Below are positions 30,535-39,631 of a stretch of DNA of 52,270 bases, in pieces. Each line of letters opens with the position of its first letter. The stretch's first letter is position 1. The translations under genes were made by a program, and so were the position numbers. Location: positions 1-52,270 of the IMG/VR virus record IMGVR_UViG_3300037424_000697, one strand, 5' to 3'. A model generated the notes under the pieces. The model saw nothing but the letters and a program-made list of their open reading frames with translations, made no database searches and was not told where the DNA came from. Source of the DNA: a virus (lineage: Duplodnaviria > Caudoviricetes).

Positions 30535-30787
30535 TCAGATAAATTTATTATTTTTAGAATTTAGAGGAGTGAATTACCTAGACAGCCTCCACCTGAATGT
30601 TATAGTAATAACACATCCATATGAGCACAACGTAAACATACATTATCTTCTTCTTCTTTTCACAGGCAATATGACTTATAACTACATCTATCAAATTACT
30701 TAGTCTTTCATCAGCAGATACTTTATGTCGTTCTGTATTCCTACCGTATATCATTTCAACCAATTCCTGCTCAGTAATTTTACCCAT
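30535..30787 (-). pseudogene. Frameshifted ORF whose 3' end duplicates that of 30271..30492
   Basis: 30529-30640 repeats 30265-30380 with several single-base deletions; likely start MGKITEQ after AGGAG. Confidence 0.45.
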
Positions 30788-31159
30788 AATCCACTCCTTC
30801 ATTAATCATACATATAGTTAAATGAATATCCTTCATCTTGCATGTCGTTAATAAACTGTATAACTTGTCCCTAGTAAGGTTAACTTGCTGTTTCTCTAAT
30901 ACACCAGATACTGAAATAATCAATTCTTCATTATTACACATAATCTACTCCTTTCATCTGTTTGTTAACCTAGACTTGCTATATCAATTTGATATATCAA
31001 TTTGATATACTACTACCTCTTGTCATTCTTTCTTGTTTGTCAATCCTTTCTTGTTTGTCAATTTATCGCTATTCCATTATATAATATACTTTTTGCCGCT
31101 CAAAGAAGAAAGAATAATCTCTATACCTCTATATATAATACTTTTTATATAAATAAATA

Positions 31160-31199
31160 AATATACGTTTCAGGGGTATAAAATGATTCTTTCTTTCTT
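31160..31199 (-). repeat. Inverted copy of the 307-346 element
   Basis: 39/40 identity; weaker similarity extends to about 31100. Confidence 0.9.
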
Positions 31200-31244
31200 C
31201 CATTATATATAAACTTTTTTTTGAAAAGAAAAATAATAAAATAC

Positions 31245-31278
31245 TTGCGCTTGAATATGGCATTAGGTATTTTATAGT
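31245..31278 (+). promoter_or_regulatory. sigma70-like rightward promoter
   Basis: TTGCGC/TTGAAT then TATTTT/TATAGT; shares AGGTATTTTATAGT with the 583-611 promoter. Confidence 0.45.
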
Positions 31279-31382
31279 GTATGTTTTATTTTTTGAATAT
31301 ATATTGTATTTAAACGCTTAAATAGACTATAAACCTGCTAGGTTAAAAGTCTAGGTCAAAAATCACTTGAAAGGCGGTTTAA

Positions 31383-31775
31383 ATGTTAAAGATTCAAATC
31401 TCCGGCTATACTATCCACAAAACAAATCCTTCTTTATTCTTGTTTGAAAGAAAACATAAGTTTTCTTACCTAGTTAAAGTAACCAATAAAGGTATAACTT
31501 GTAACTGCAGAGAATTTTATAAATACAGTCACTGTGGTCATTCTACAATTGCATATAATATGATGTATATTGTTGATTTAGATAAAGACTCTACTCTTCA
31601 TCAAAAATATTGGGATCTTTTAAACTTAAATGGTCTAGGTAAAGATCTAAATGAAGACTTTAAAATCAGATTAGAGTCACTTGATGAAGTGACATTTGAA
31701 GACGAGAAAATGGTTGTAGGGAAGTATTATAGTAGATTAGATGGTAAGTTCATTATGATAACCATTAACAAGTAG
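31383..31775 (+). CDS. SWIM zinc-finger protein
   Basis: Y.V......CNC........CGH (CxC...CxH). Confidence 0.65.
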   Translation: MLKIQISGYTIHKTNPSLFLFERKHKFSYLVKVTNKGITCNCREFYKYSHCGHSTIAYNMMYIVDLDKDSTLHQKYWDLLNLNGLGKDLNEDFKIRLESLDEVTFEDEKMVVGKYYSRLDGKFIMITINK

Positions 31776-31786
31776 GAGGTAAGTAT

Positions 31787-31996
31787 ATGAGTACACAATT
31801 AACAGTTATGCAAAATACAGGTAGTCGTAATGTACCTATACAAGTTACACGTTACAGTGGAGGAGATAGGGGTGCATGTGTACAATTAACAGGAGATATG
31901 GAGAGAGGGATTTCTGGCTATATCCAGTTGAATAAAAAAGATATGGAACAGTTAGTAAATATTTGGCAAAAATATATTGGTAGATTAGATATTTAA
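31787..31996 (+). CDS. Hypothetical protein
   Basis: AGGAGG RBS. Confidence 0.65.
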   Translation: MSTQLTVMQNTGSRNVPIQVTRYSGGDRGACVQLTGDMERGISGYIQLNKKDMEQLVNIWQKYIGRLDI

Positions 31997-32015
31997 CCTA
32001 GGAGGTAAGTATGAA
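31904..32015 (+). repeat. 112-bp direct repeat, copy 1
   Basis: Near-identical to 32322-32436 (one substitution; A5 vs A8 run). Confidence 0.95.
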
Positions 32016-32322
32016 TTTCTTAGTATCTAGAGTATCAAATAGGGAAGATATGCCTCATCCCTTAGCTGTGCTAAAACCTTATATATATGTAGATGAAAGG
32101 GATGTAGATGATCCACATGATATTAATTGGTACAAAGAAGGAACTAATCATAGAGTAGAGAATGGGTATATAAAAAGGGATTTACAGAGAAATGACTGGT
32201 TTATAACTATTGACACGATGGAGAAATTAAAAGATTTTATAAAAAGTGAAGGAGATATTATTTTACATGAAGGTAGTGGGGATTTTATGAAATTAACGAT
32301 ATATGATAATTACATTGAATAA
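32011..32322 (+). CDS. Hypothetical phage protein flanked by direct repeats
   Basis: AGGAGG RBS; WY.EG.NHRV.NG.I.R and IYD.Y.E patterns. Confidence 0.7.
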   Translation: MNFLVSRVSNREDMPHPLAVLKPYIYVDERDVDDPHDINWYKEGTNHRVENGYIKRDLQRNDWFITIDTMEKLKDFIKSEGDIILHEGSGDFMKLTIYDNYIE

Positions 32323-32436
32323 GAGGGATTTCTGACTATATCCAGTTGAATAAAAAAGATATGGAACAGTTAGTAAATATTTGGCAAAAAAAATATATTG
32401 GTAGATTAGATATTTAACCTAGGAGGTAAGTATGAA
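32322..32436 (+). repeat. Direct repeat, copy 2
   Basis: Copy of 31904-32015. Confidence 0.95.
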
Positions 32437-32713
32437 AGTTTTAAAGCTTGCAATTTCTAAACATGAACAGTATGCTTCAGAGTACCCGAATGAGATAGTT
32501 GGGGTTATTCAAATCAGCGGCGAAACTGGAAAGATGGAAGTTAGACTTTCACCTAGTACTGTTTCTAAAATCTTCCGTTTGTGTAAAGAGGATGTGCAAA
32601 AAGTGGCAAATTACAATGCATCACAAGCTGCTAATGCATGTGTCACAGCAGCCGATACTGTTGACCTTCAAATTGAAAATAAGGAACTCAAACAAATAGA
32701 TGGGCCACTTTAA
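32432..32713 (+). CDS. Hypothetical protein
   Basis: AGGAGG RBS supplied by the repeat. Confidence 0.65.
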   Translation: MKVLKLAISKHEQYASEYPNEIVGVIQISGETGKMEVRLSPSTVSKIFRLCKEDVQKVANYNASQAANACVTAADTVDLQIENKELKQIDGPL

Positions 32714-32714
32714 T

Positions 32715-32978
32715 ATGAATAGAATAAGTGCATGTGAGTCCATGATAATTTCTAATGCTGCTAATGATATTTGTGATATGATTGGACTTAATAAACAACG
32801 ACATCATGAAATTTATGATAAGTAAAAACCTAGATTTACAGAGTTTACTAAACAAAAAATCATGGGCAATACCTATAATATAGTTGATTTTAGAAATGAA
32901 ATTGGAGAATCATTTTATACCCTTGAATGGGTAGTAAAAAAACTGAGAGAATTAGTCAAACAAATAGATGGAGTTTAA
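32715..32978 (+). pseudogene. 87-codon frame interrupted by an in-frame TAA (32823-32825)
   Basis: Fills the gap between neighbours exactly (1-bp spacing each side); frame continues after the stop. Confidence 0.4.
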
Positions 32979-32979
32979 T

Positions 32980-33348
32980 ATGTGTACTCTTCAACAAAAA
33001 ATAGTTATGAAGGAATTGGAAATTAAAGCAGCCCAAGAACAATTGGATAGGTTAAAAAAGCAACAGAAGGAAGAACAGTTAATTAATGTTTCCGATATTA
33101 TTGTTTATCATTCTGGCACTAGATTACAACTGTTGGCTGCCTACCACAAAAATGGAAAAACACTGATACTTGTCAACCGAGATACAGGAACCATATATCG
33201 TCAGAAATTTAATCACTCTGATTCTCCAAGTTTGCATGCAAATGATTTGGTTGTTCCATTTGGAGAACTTGTATGGCCAGTTTTTAAAATTCTTGATTGG
33301 TTTGGAATCAAAAAAAGCAAATTTTCACACATAGAAGGAGCTAGGTAA
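32980..33348 (+). CDS. Hypothetical protein with N-terminal coiled coil
   Basis: GGAG RBS before MCTLQ. Confidence 0.6.
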   Translation: MCTLQQKIVMKELEIKAAQEQLDRLKKQQKEEQLINVSDIIVYHSGTRLQLLAAYHKNGKTLILVNRDTGTIYRQKFNHSDSPSLHANDLVVPFGELVWPVFKILDWFGIKKSKFSHIEGAR

Positions 33349-33352
33349 TACT

Positions 33353-33529
33353 ATGGTAACAAAAGAAATGAAAATTAAACTTGGTTTGGCAAAGAGTGAG
33401 ACTGCAAATGAACGTGAAATTGCAAAACAAGGAGGATCACCCTATAAAAGAATGGTTAAGAAATTACCTCATAAAGCAGGTTTTGTTGTGCCTCCTCAAT
33501 ATGAGCCTTTACCTTGTACAATGGGATAA
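33353..33529 (+). CDS. Small basic hypothetical protein (58 aa, not in the ORF track)
   Basis: MVTKEMKIKLGLAK...; tightly packed between neighbours. Confidence 0.5.
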   Translation: MVTKEMKIKLGLAKSETANEREIAKQGGSPYKRMVKKLPHKAGFVVPPQYEPLPCTMG

Positions 33530-33532
33530 CTT

Positions 33533-33730
33533 ATGTTAGTTGTAAATTATAAAACGAAGAAGAGTCTCAAAGAGTCTCTAGGTAAAGATTTACTTCATAC
33601 TGAAACATCATTATTTGGAAAGGAGTTTAAAGCAAACGGAACTTTTTGTGTCGTCGGACCTAGCGCATACGTTCGTAAATGGTATGCTGAAGTAACAATG
33701 AAAGATGGTAAAATCGTTAAGGTAACCTAA
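33533..33730 (+). CDS. Hypothetical small phage protein
   Basis: Operon packing; VVGPSAY.RKWYA.V...DGKI.KV. Confidence 0.65.
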   Translation: MLVVNYKTKKSLKESLGKDLLHTETSLFGKEFKANGTFCVVGPSAYVRKWYAEVTMKDGKIVKVT

Positions 33731-33746
33731 TTAGAAAGTTTTACAA

Positions 33747-34730
33747 ATGGAAATTCTTAATATTAGTCCGCTCAAAATCAAGTTCCCCTATGACAATAAT
33801 GAATGCGGTCTTCGTCCCGAGCCAAAAGAAACTGATCCCGATTGGAATGTTACCCTAGAACTTCTCGAAGATATCCGAGGCAATGGTATGTCCGATCTGT
33901 TCAGTGTACGTCCTCTAGGTGATGATTTTTATGAAGTCATCAATGGTTCACGTCGGGCGAAGTGTTGTCAGATTCTCTGTAACGAGGGTGATCCGGCTTA
34001 CCAGAGTATTCCGGTCCAGATCAGTAACATTGATGAAATCACATCACTGGAACGACAGATCAGTGGAAATGCAAACGTAAAAGCAACCAATGCTAAGCAA
34101 TTTTCTGCCGCGCTGGTAAAGGTGATGGTACACAAGCAGTATGATCTTCCTACTCTCGCAAAAAGTGTAGGCAAAAGTGAATCCTACGTTAGCAACATGT
34201 TGCGTTTTAATCGTCTGCCGGACGTTATTCAGACTTTGGTGGCGGAATATAAAATGCCTGTGACTAACGCCATTGCCATGACCAAGCTCCCAAAAGACCT
34301 TGATATCATGGAATTGGTTGAGGATGCTTGTATGCTTGACACCAATGCCTTTGCAATTCGTATTAAAGAAGCTGTAGATGCATATGCAGCAGAGAAAAAG
34401 GCTCTGAAGGGTGGAAAAGAGCCTGTGTTTGAACTTACCGAGAAAAAACTCAGTAACGATCAGATCAAAGCTAACCTAGAGAAAGCTAAAAATCTGGTAG
34501 AAGACGATTCGTCTGAGTTTAATCGCGGCTATCTCTTTGCCTATGAAGAAATCTTTCAGGTAGATGAGAAAGCTGCTGCTGAGCGTAAAGCGAAGTGGGA
34601 TGCTAATAAAGCAGCAAAAGAAGCTGCCAAAGAAGCTCGCAAAGCTGACACTGAAGCTCAGAAGCGTAAAGAGTTGGCTGAGTATGCGAAAAAGCATAAT
34701 ATCACTGATTTGTCACAGCTGACAGCATAA
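33747..34730 (+). CDS. ParB/Spo0J-like protein 1 (ParB-N, HTH, helical C-terminus)
   Basis: L.EDIR.NG....SVRP....YEVINGSRR (GxRR), HTH LAKSVGKSESYVSNMLR...LP. Confidence 0.82.
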   Translation: MEILNISPLKIKFPYDNNECGLRPEPKETDPDWNVTLELLEDIRGNGMSDLFSVRPLGDDFYEVINGSRRAKCCQILCNEGDPAYQSIPVQISNIDEITSLERQISGNANVKATNAKQFSAALVKVMVHKQYDLPTLAKSVGKSESYVSNMLRFNRLPDVIQTLVAEYKMPVTNAIAMTKLPKDLDIMELVEDACMLDTNAFAIRIKEAVDAYAAEKKALKGGKEPVFELTEKKLSNDQIKANLEKAKNLVEDDSSEFNRGYLFAYEEIFQVDEKAAAERKAKWDANKAAKEAAKEARKADTEAQKRKELAEYAKKHNITDLSQLTA

Positions 34731-34738
34731 TTAACCTA

Positions 34739-34767
34739 TAAGGCGCATATCCTAAGTATGCGCCTTA
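34739..34767 (+). terminator. Hairpin after ParB-like gene 1
   Basis: TAAGGCGCATA-loop-TATGCGCCTTA. Confidence 0.55.
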
Positions 34768-34797
34768 CCTATAATAAATAACAAGGAACAATAATAA

Positions 34798-35508
34798 ATG
34801 AACGATTTAATTATGAATGTAAATCCTACCGATCTCCTTAACCAAGCAGGAGAAATTGAACCTAGTGAATTATCAAAGCTCGGAGCTACTGACTGGATTC
34901 CGCTTATGAGTGTGGCTCATTACCTCAGTGGATCTGTTGATAAGGGAGTAGCAAAAGCTGGCGAGTTTGTTCTAGGTGGACAAACATCACTTGGAACAAA
35001 AATTAAGGCAGTACCTCTGGCTTATAGATTACATGTGGCCCTTATAAATACAGCGTCCAATGAGTTTGTAGAAAATAAGTACTGTATGATGGGGCAGACT
35101 CCTGATGAAGGATATCGTACACTGGCCACAATGGCTGCTCCTGAGAATTGTGTTATTTCAGAGGGTGCAGACATGTTCTTTTATCTACCGGAACAAGATT
35201 CCTTTGCTCAGTTTTTTATGAAAGGACAAATTGCAAAAGATGTACAAGCTGTTTGGACCTCTGGTCGAGGCGGCAAGGTAGTTATATTAACTACAAGTAA
35301 GCAGGAAAACAAGCAAAGAACCAGAAAATGGTTCCGTATTGCTGTTTCTACTACTTCGTCTTCATTGACCATAGCTAATGTTGGAGACAAGGATATACCT
35401 ATTGACGTAGATATGTACAAGAAGTATCTAGGTCAATTCTCAAATCCTGTCAAAGCAGTAGCTGAAACTGTCAAGGATGATGGTAATACTGAAAGTATTG
35501 AAAGGTAA
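34798..35508 (+). CDS. Hypothetical protein, possibly ssDNA-binding
   Basis: Replication-arm position, beta-rich with KWF motif and acidic tail; function inferred only. Confidence 0.35.
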   Translation: MNDLIMNVNPTDLLNQAGEIEPSELSKLGATDWIPLMSVAHYLSGSVDKGVAKAGEFVLGGQTSLGTKIKAVPLAYRLHVALINTASNEFVENKYCMMGQTPDEGYRTLATMAAPENCVISEGADMFFYLPEQDSFAQFFMKGQIAKDVQAVWTSGRGGKVVILTTSKQENKQRTRKWFRIAVSTTSSSLTIANVGDKDIPIDVDMYKKYLGQFSNPVKAVAETVKDDGNTESIER

Positions 35509-35513
35509 CACAA

Positions 35514-35894
35514 ATGAATCTAGTTTCAATTCCAGTCGTAGACATTTCCTTACTGCCTATTAGTTTACCGGTGGCAGATGGTATAAACAATGGGGGATTT
35601 AAAGTGCCTAACAGTATAAATACTTCTACGCATGAGTACTCTCCCATTGATTTGCTGATAGCTGGAATTGAAGCTCTGCGGCGTGACATTATTGTCACGT
35701 CGCTTGCCTCTTTTTTTGACAATAACCGAGATGGGTGTTCAAGTGAAAGTGATGTATATATAACACTAAAAGATATAGGAGGTATATATACTTGGTCAAT
35801 TTCACGTTTGAGACAAGAAATTAAGTTTGACGATTCTTTATATAAAATGATGTTAAGAAATGCACCTTTAACCTTTAAATGGGTAGACAAATGA
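35514..35894 (+). CDS. Hypothetical protein
   Basis: Operon packing, AAGG RBS. Confidence 0.55.
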   Translation: MNLVSIPVVDISLLPISLPVADGINNGGFKVPNSINTSTHEYSPIDLLIAGIEALRRDIIVTSLASFFDNNRDGCSSESDVYITLKDIGGIYTWSISRLRQEIKFDDSLYKMMLRNAPLTFKWVDK

Positions 35895-36127
35895 AAACAT
35901 ATCCTCTTGAAAGGGTAGTAAGGGATAAAAAAGGAAAACTATGTATAGCACCCAAGTTCTTTGATAGAGGGTGTTATTTTTATTTCGTACCGTATAAGTT
36001 TCTAGGTAAAATTTCAGAGGGCCAAATATACTTATTTAAGTTTGGTCCCCCCAAATATAACGGAAAGAAAGATAAAAAAGGTAAACGTATATATGTCTGT
36101 GCAGCTATACCTATAATAAAGGAGTAA
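35891..36127 (+). CDS. Hypothetical basic protein
   Basis: Operon packing; start at MKTYP approximate. Confidence 0.5.
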   Translation: MKTYPLERVVRDKKGKLCIAPKFFDRGCYFYFVPYKFLGKISEGQIYLFKFGPPKYNGKKDKKGKRIYVCAAIPIIKE

Positions 36128-36130
36128 ATT

Positions 36131-36502
36131 ATGGCAACTGAATTAATTGATTCTGGAAAACGTGAACAATATTCACCTAGTAGTGCAGTGCGAGAACCTG
36201 AAAAAGGTAAGGGACGTTATGATTTAATTTCACCTATAGCTCTGCATAGATTAGCACAACACTATGAAAATGGAACCGCTAGGTATGCTGATCGTAATTG
36301 GGAAAAGGGTATACCGTTGTCTAGGTGTCTTTCCTCGGCAGCTCGTCATTTGAATAAATTAATAGCTGGAATGGATGATGAAGATCATGCAGCTGCGGTT
36401 TGTTGGAACATCTTTGCCTATATGCATATTAAAGAAATGGTAAACAGGGATAAGTTAAGTGAAACATATAACAATATGCCTGAAGGAATAGGAGATTTAT
36501 GA
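36131..36502 (+). CDS. DUF5664 / dATP-dGTP diphosphohydrolase-like protein
   Basis: GKGRYDLI, G..RY..RNWEKG, SAARHL, EDHAAA..WN signature. Confidence 0.8.
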   Translation: MATELIDSGKREQYSPSSAVREPEKGKGRYDLISPIALHRLAQHYENGTARYADRNWEKGIPLSRCLSSAARHLNKLIAGMDDEDHAAAVCWNIFAYMHIKEMVNRDKLSETYNNMPEGIGDL

Positions 36503-36900
36503 TGAGAGCATTTGTTGTGACCGATATAACAATATTAGAGGTACCTAGTTCAAGTAATACAGCTATACTATTTAAGGATAAAAATAGTTTTGTACGCCCA
36601 GATATTGCTGCATGTATAGATTATCCATTTGAAAGACAGATAATAGAACTGACAACCTTGCATTACCCAAAAGAGAATATACATTGTCGTATTGGTTTTG
36701 CGTATAATGTAGATAAAAAATTATTTCCATTTGGGGCTATAATTACTGAAAATAATGCTTTAAGAAGTAAGATAGGTAAGTTAGAGTCTGCTGTATTTTA
36801 TCTAAACTGTATAAACGAGGTTAAAAATAAATTACTTAAGAGATTTTATGGTGCTAAATTAAGTCAAAGGCTTAAATATCTCTTTACCTGTAAAATTTGA
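36499..36900 (+). CDS. Hypothetical protein
   Basis: ATGA coupling to the upstream ORF. Confidence 0.6.
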   Translation: MMRAFVVTDITILEVPSSSNTAILFKDKNSFVRPDIAACIDYPFERQIIELTTLHYPKENIHCRIGFAYNVDKKLFPFGAIITENNALRSKIGKLESAVFYLNCINEVKNKLLKRFYGAKLSQRLKYLFTCKI

Positions 36901-36914
36901 ACCTAGGAGTATAA

Positions 36915-37295
36915 ATGGGAATAGATGTATGGGCAATGAAAGATGGGCAACCTATTGAAATAGTATGGAGAATAGCTAATGAGGAGTATATAAAAGACCA
37001 TCAACTTAGAACAGCATTTGAGGAAGCTTCTAAAAGAGTAATAGAAGAACATGGTACAGTAGATTATATGTTAGCGTTAGGAGGTTTAGATTGTAGTGAA
37101 AGTATCTCTGCTTTAGTTAGGTGTAGTGGTGTATATTATAGAGAGTTATATTTTTCAGCAGCTGAAATAAAAGAATTTCATTTTATCTCAGATTGGACAG
37201 AAGCACCAGATTATCTGGATAAAGCGTTGGTAGCTTCAGCACAGGAATTCTTAAGAGTTTGTGCTGAAAATAACTTAGGCATACTGTTTACCTAG
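36915..37295 (+). CDS. Hypothetical protein
   Basis: AGGAG RBS. Confidence 0.65.
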   Translation: MGIDVWAMKDGQPIEIVWRIANEEYIKDHQLRTAFEEASKRVIEEHGTVDYMLALGGLDCSESISALVRCSGVYYRELYFSAAEIKEFHFISDWTEAPDYLDKALVASAQEFLRVCAENNLGILFT

Positions 37296-37306
37296 AAAGG
37301 TATACT

Positions 37307-39076
37307 ATGGATTGCTTTTTTAACACACCTACTGGCCGCAAAAAGATAAAAGTAGATATGTGGCTAGACCCCGAAGCCAAGGGGAATATATATTGTTTAA
37401 AGTTTCCCTATTTCAAACCTATGGTTGAATACGTCAAGACTCTGGATAGACCTAGTTCAAACAGTTTTGATCCTGCCAGTAAGGTGTGGAGAATAAAAAA
37501 TAACCGTCGCAATTTATTTAGTTTGGATCTTATTACAAGAAATGAAATGGTTAAAAAGTTTATAAGACCCCTATATACAGAGGTCTTCGAAGGTAACTGG
37601 AAACACCAGAATGAAATGCAAAACGCCATTATAACACGTAAAACGTGTATTATAGGTGGTGAGATGCGTACCGGTAAAACAAAACCTACGCTCAACTGTA
37701 TTCGTGATCTAGCTCAAGGTAATGCATGGATTATATCTACAAAGACTGCTTTACGTGGTGTTAAACGTGAAGCGGATAAATGGGGAGTAACAAAGAATAT
37801 CAACATTAATTATTTCACTTATGCTGGATTTAGGAACTATATACAGGAACTGCATAGTAGTGAACAGGCGTATAACGCTGCTGTTCTAGGTCAAGGTTTC
37901 ATAACAAGTAATCTGATTCCTAATTTCGTTGTATTTGATGAAATGCAAAACCTGAAAACTCCTAATACTCGAGTATCAGATGCCTCTGATATTTTAAGTA
38001 GTTGGATGCATGAGTTGTATGGGTGGGATAATTACTATTTGGTGGGTTTGAGCGGTACTCCTGCGCCAAAGAATCCCGGCGACTGGTGGCATCTATTAGA
38101 GGTTATTTGTCCGGGATATATCAAAGAACCTAATAGGATGATGTTTGAGCGCCGTCTAGGTGAATTTGAACAGCAAGAGAGTGGGATAGGGCAGATGTAC
38201 TGGAGACTCAAGCAGTGGAGACAAGAAGAGTTGACGGCTCTTTATAAGAGGTTAAAACCTATAGTGTTTATATTTCTTAAGAAAGACTGTCTTGACCTTC
38301 CACCTATTGAGTATGAGATAGTGGACTTACCACCAACAAATGAAATGCTCAGGACGGCTAAGTTAATTACTAAAAATACATTGAACACCTTGAGTTGTCT
38401 AAATAAACTAAGACAGTTGAGTGACGGTTTTATGTACCAATACGAATACAATGAGGAGGATAACACAAAAAAGCGTACCGGTGCAGAATTTACTGGATCA
38501 CCTAAAATTGAACAGTTGAAAGATGACCTAGATGAATATAAAGATATTGGTAGAATTATTATCTATGCTGGATTTCAAGGCTCATTGGACATTATAACCG
38601 AGGAATGTCTAAAGAAAGGTTGGGTAGTTTTACAGATTGATAGTAGGGGATGGAACATATTTTTACCATTGGTTGATAAAGATGAGAATGACCTTAAGGG
38701 ACAGAATTTTGAAACTGTTATAGGTCAAAAAGTAGACATTGATCTTTGTCTACAAGAAATGGACAGGTCATCTGATAAAGGTGTGTTGGATAAATTAGCG
38801 ATAGTAGCCAATCCTGAAGCAGGAGGAGAAGGTAATGAATTTAGTGCATCACCTGTAATTATTTATTACTCTAATACCAATAAAGGTGCAGCACGTATGC
38901 AAAGTGAAGCACGTGCACACAGCAACAATATGGATAAAATGCGCGGTTTGTTGGTGAAAGACTATTGTCATTTACCTAGTGATTACAAAATACGTGAATC
39001 ACTAATCAATAAAAAGGATTTGCAAGCGATAACAATGGGAGATATTCAATCAGTTTTTGCAATGGTGGAGATTTAA
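37307..39076 (+). CDS. SNF2-like SF2 helicase/ATPase
   Basis: EMRTGKT, FDEMQ, LSGTP, GGEG, QSEARAH motifs. Confidence 0.85.
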   Translation: MDCFFNTPTGRKKIKVDMWLDPEAKGNIYCLKFPYFKPMVEYVKTLDRPSSNSFDPASKVWRIKNNRRNLFSLDLITRNEMVKKFIRPLYTEVFEGNWKHQNEMQNAIITRKTCIIGGEMRTGKTKPTLNCIRDLAQGNAWIISTKTALRGVKREADKWGVTKNININYFTYAGFRNYIQELHSSEQAYNAAVLGQGFITSNLIPNFVVFDEMQNLKTPNTRVSDASDILSSWMHELYGWDNYYLVGLSGTPAPKNPGDWWHLLEVICPGYIKEPNRMMFERRLGEFEQQESGIGQMYWRLKQWRQEELTALYKRLKPIVFIFLKKDCLDLPPIEYEIVDLPPTNEMLRTAKLITKNTLNTLSCLNKLRQLSDGFMYQYEYNEEDNTKKRTGAEFTGSPKIEQLKDDLDEYKDIGRIIIYAGFQGSLDIITEECLKKGWVVLQIDSRGWNIFLPLVDKDENDLKGQNFETVIGQKVDIDLCLQEMDRSSDKGVLDKLAIVANPEAGGEGNEFSASPVIIYYSNTNKGAARMQSEARAHSNNMDKMRGLLVKDYCHLPSDYKIRESLINKKDLQAITMGDIQSVFAMVEI

Positions 39077-39078
39077 TT

Positions 39079-39405
39079 ATGGATGGCATATTAAAAAGTT
39101 ATCTAAATTGTATAAACGAGGTAAAGGAAGAGTTAGTTACTGCATTTATTGCAAAACATGGCTTTGATCCGGATCATGCCGAGATAATTCAAGAAACGGA
39201 AGAGAATTGTATTAAAATATACATAAGAAAACGTAATAATGGTAAGGTTTGTAGAATTAGCAGTCTCACTAATTCCTGGGTACTTGAAGTAGAAGGTAAA
39301 ACAGAGTACTTCGCAGGATATGGATTAGCAGGGTATTTGAAAAATATACATGAAGAACTAGGTTATAAAGTTATATATGAACCTTTAAAATTTATGGAGG
39401 TTTAA
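39079..39405 (+). CDS. Hypothetical protein
   Basis: GGAG RBS; flanked by an 18-bp near-identical repeat. Confidence 0.6.
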   Translation: MDGILKSYLNCINEVKEELVTAFIAKHGFDPDHAEIIQETEENCIKIYIRKRNNGKVCRISSLTNSWVLEVEGKTEYFAGYGLAGYLKNIHEELGYKVIYEPLKFMEV

Positions 39406-39407
39406 TT

Positions 39408-39629
39408 ATGGAAGTCATTATAACATTTGGTCAAGTACACGTGCACAGAGTAAATAATACAACGTTCGATAAAGATTGTGTAGCCGTAATAACATGTCTT
39501 GATTATGAAGATGGTCGTATAAAAGCTTTTGCACTATTTGATACAAAGTGGCACAATTGTGTGCCTAGAAAAGAATGGAATGAATTAAGTATGAAATATT
39601 ATCCACGCGGTTACTTGAAAGCGAATTAA
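39408..39629 (+). CDS. Hypothetical phage protein
   Basis: GGAGG RBS; ITFGQ.H.H pattern. Confidence 0.65.
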   Translation: MEVIITFGQVHVHRVNNTTFDKDCVAVITCLDYEDGRIKAFALFDTKWHNCVPRKEWNELSMKYYPRGYLKAN

Positions 39630-39631
39630 CT

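Noticed and set aside
36131-36502. Z-genome (2-aminoadenine) pathway
   Set aside because: No PurZ/adenylosuccinate-synthetase-like gene was recognised; DUF5664 alone is insufficient
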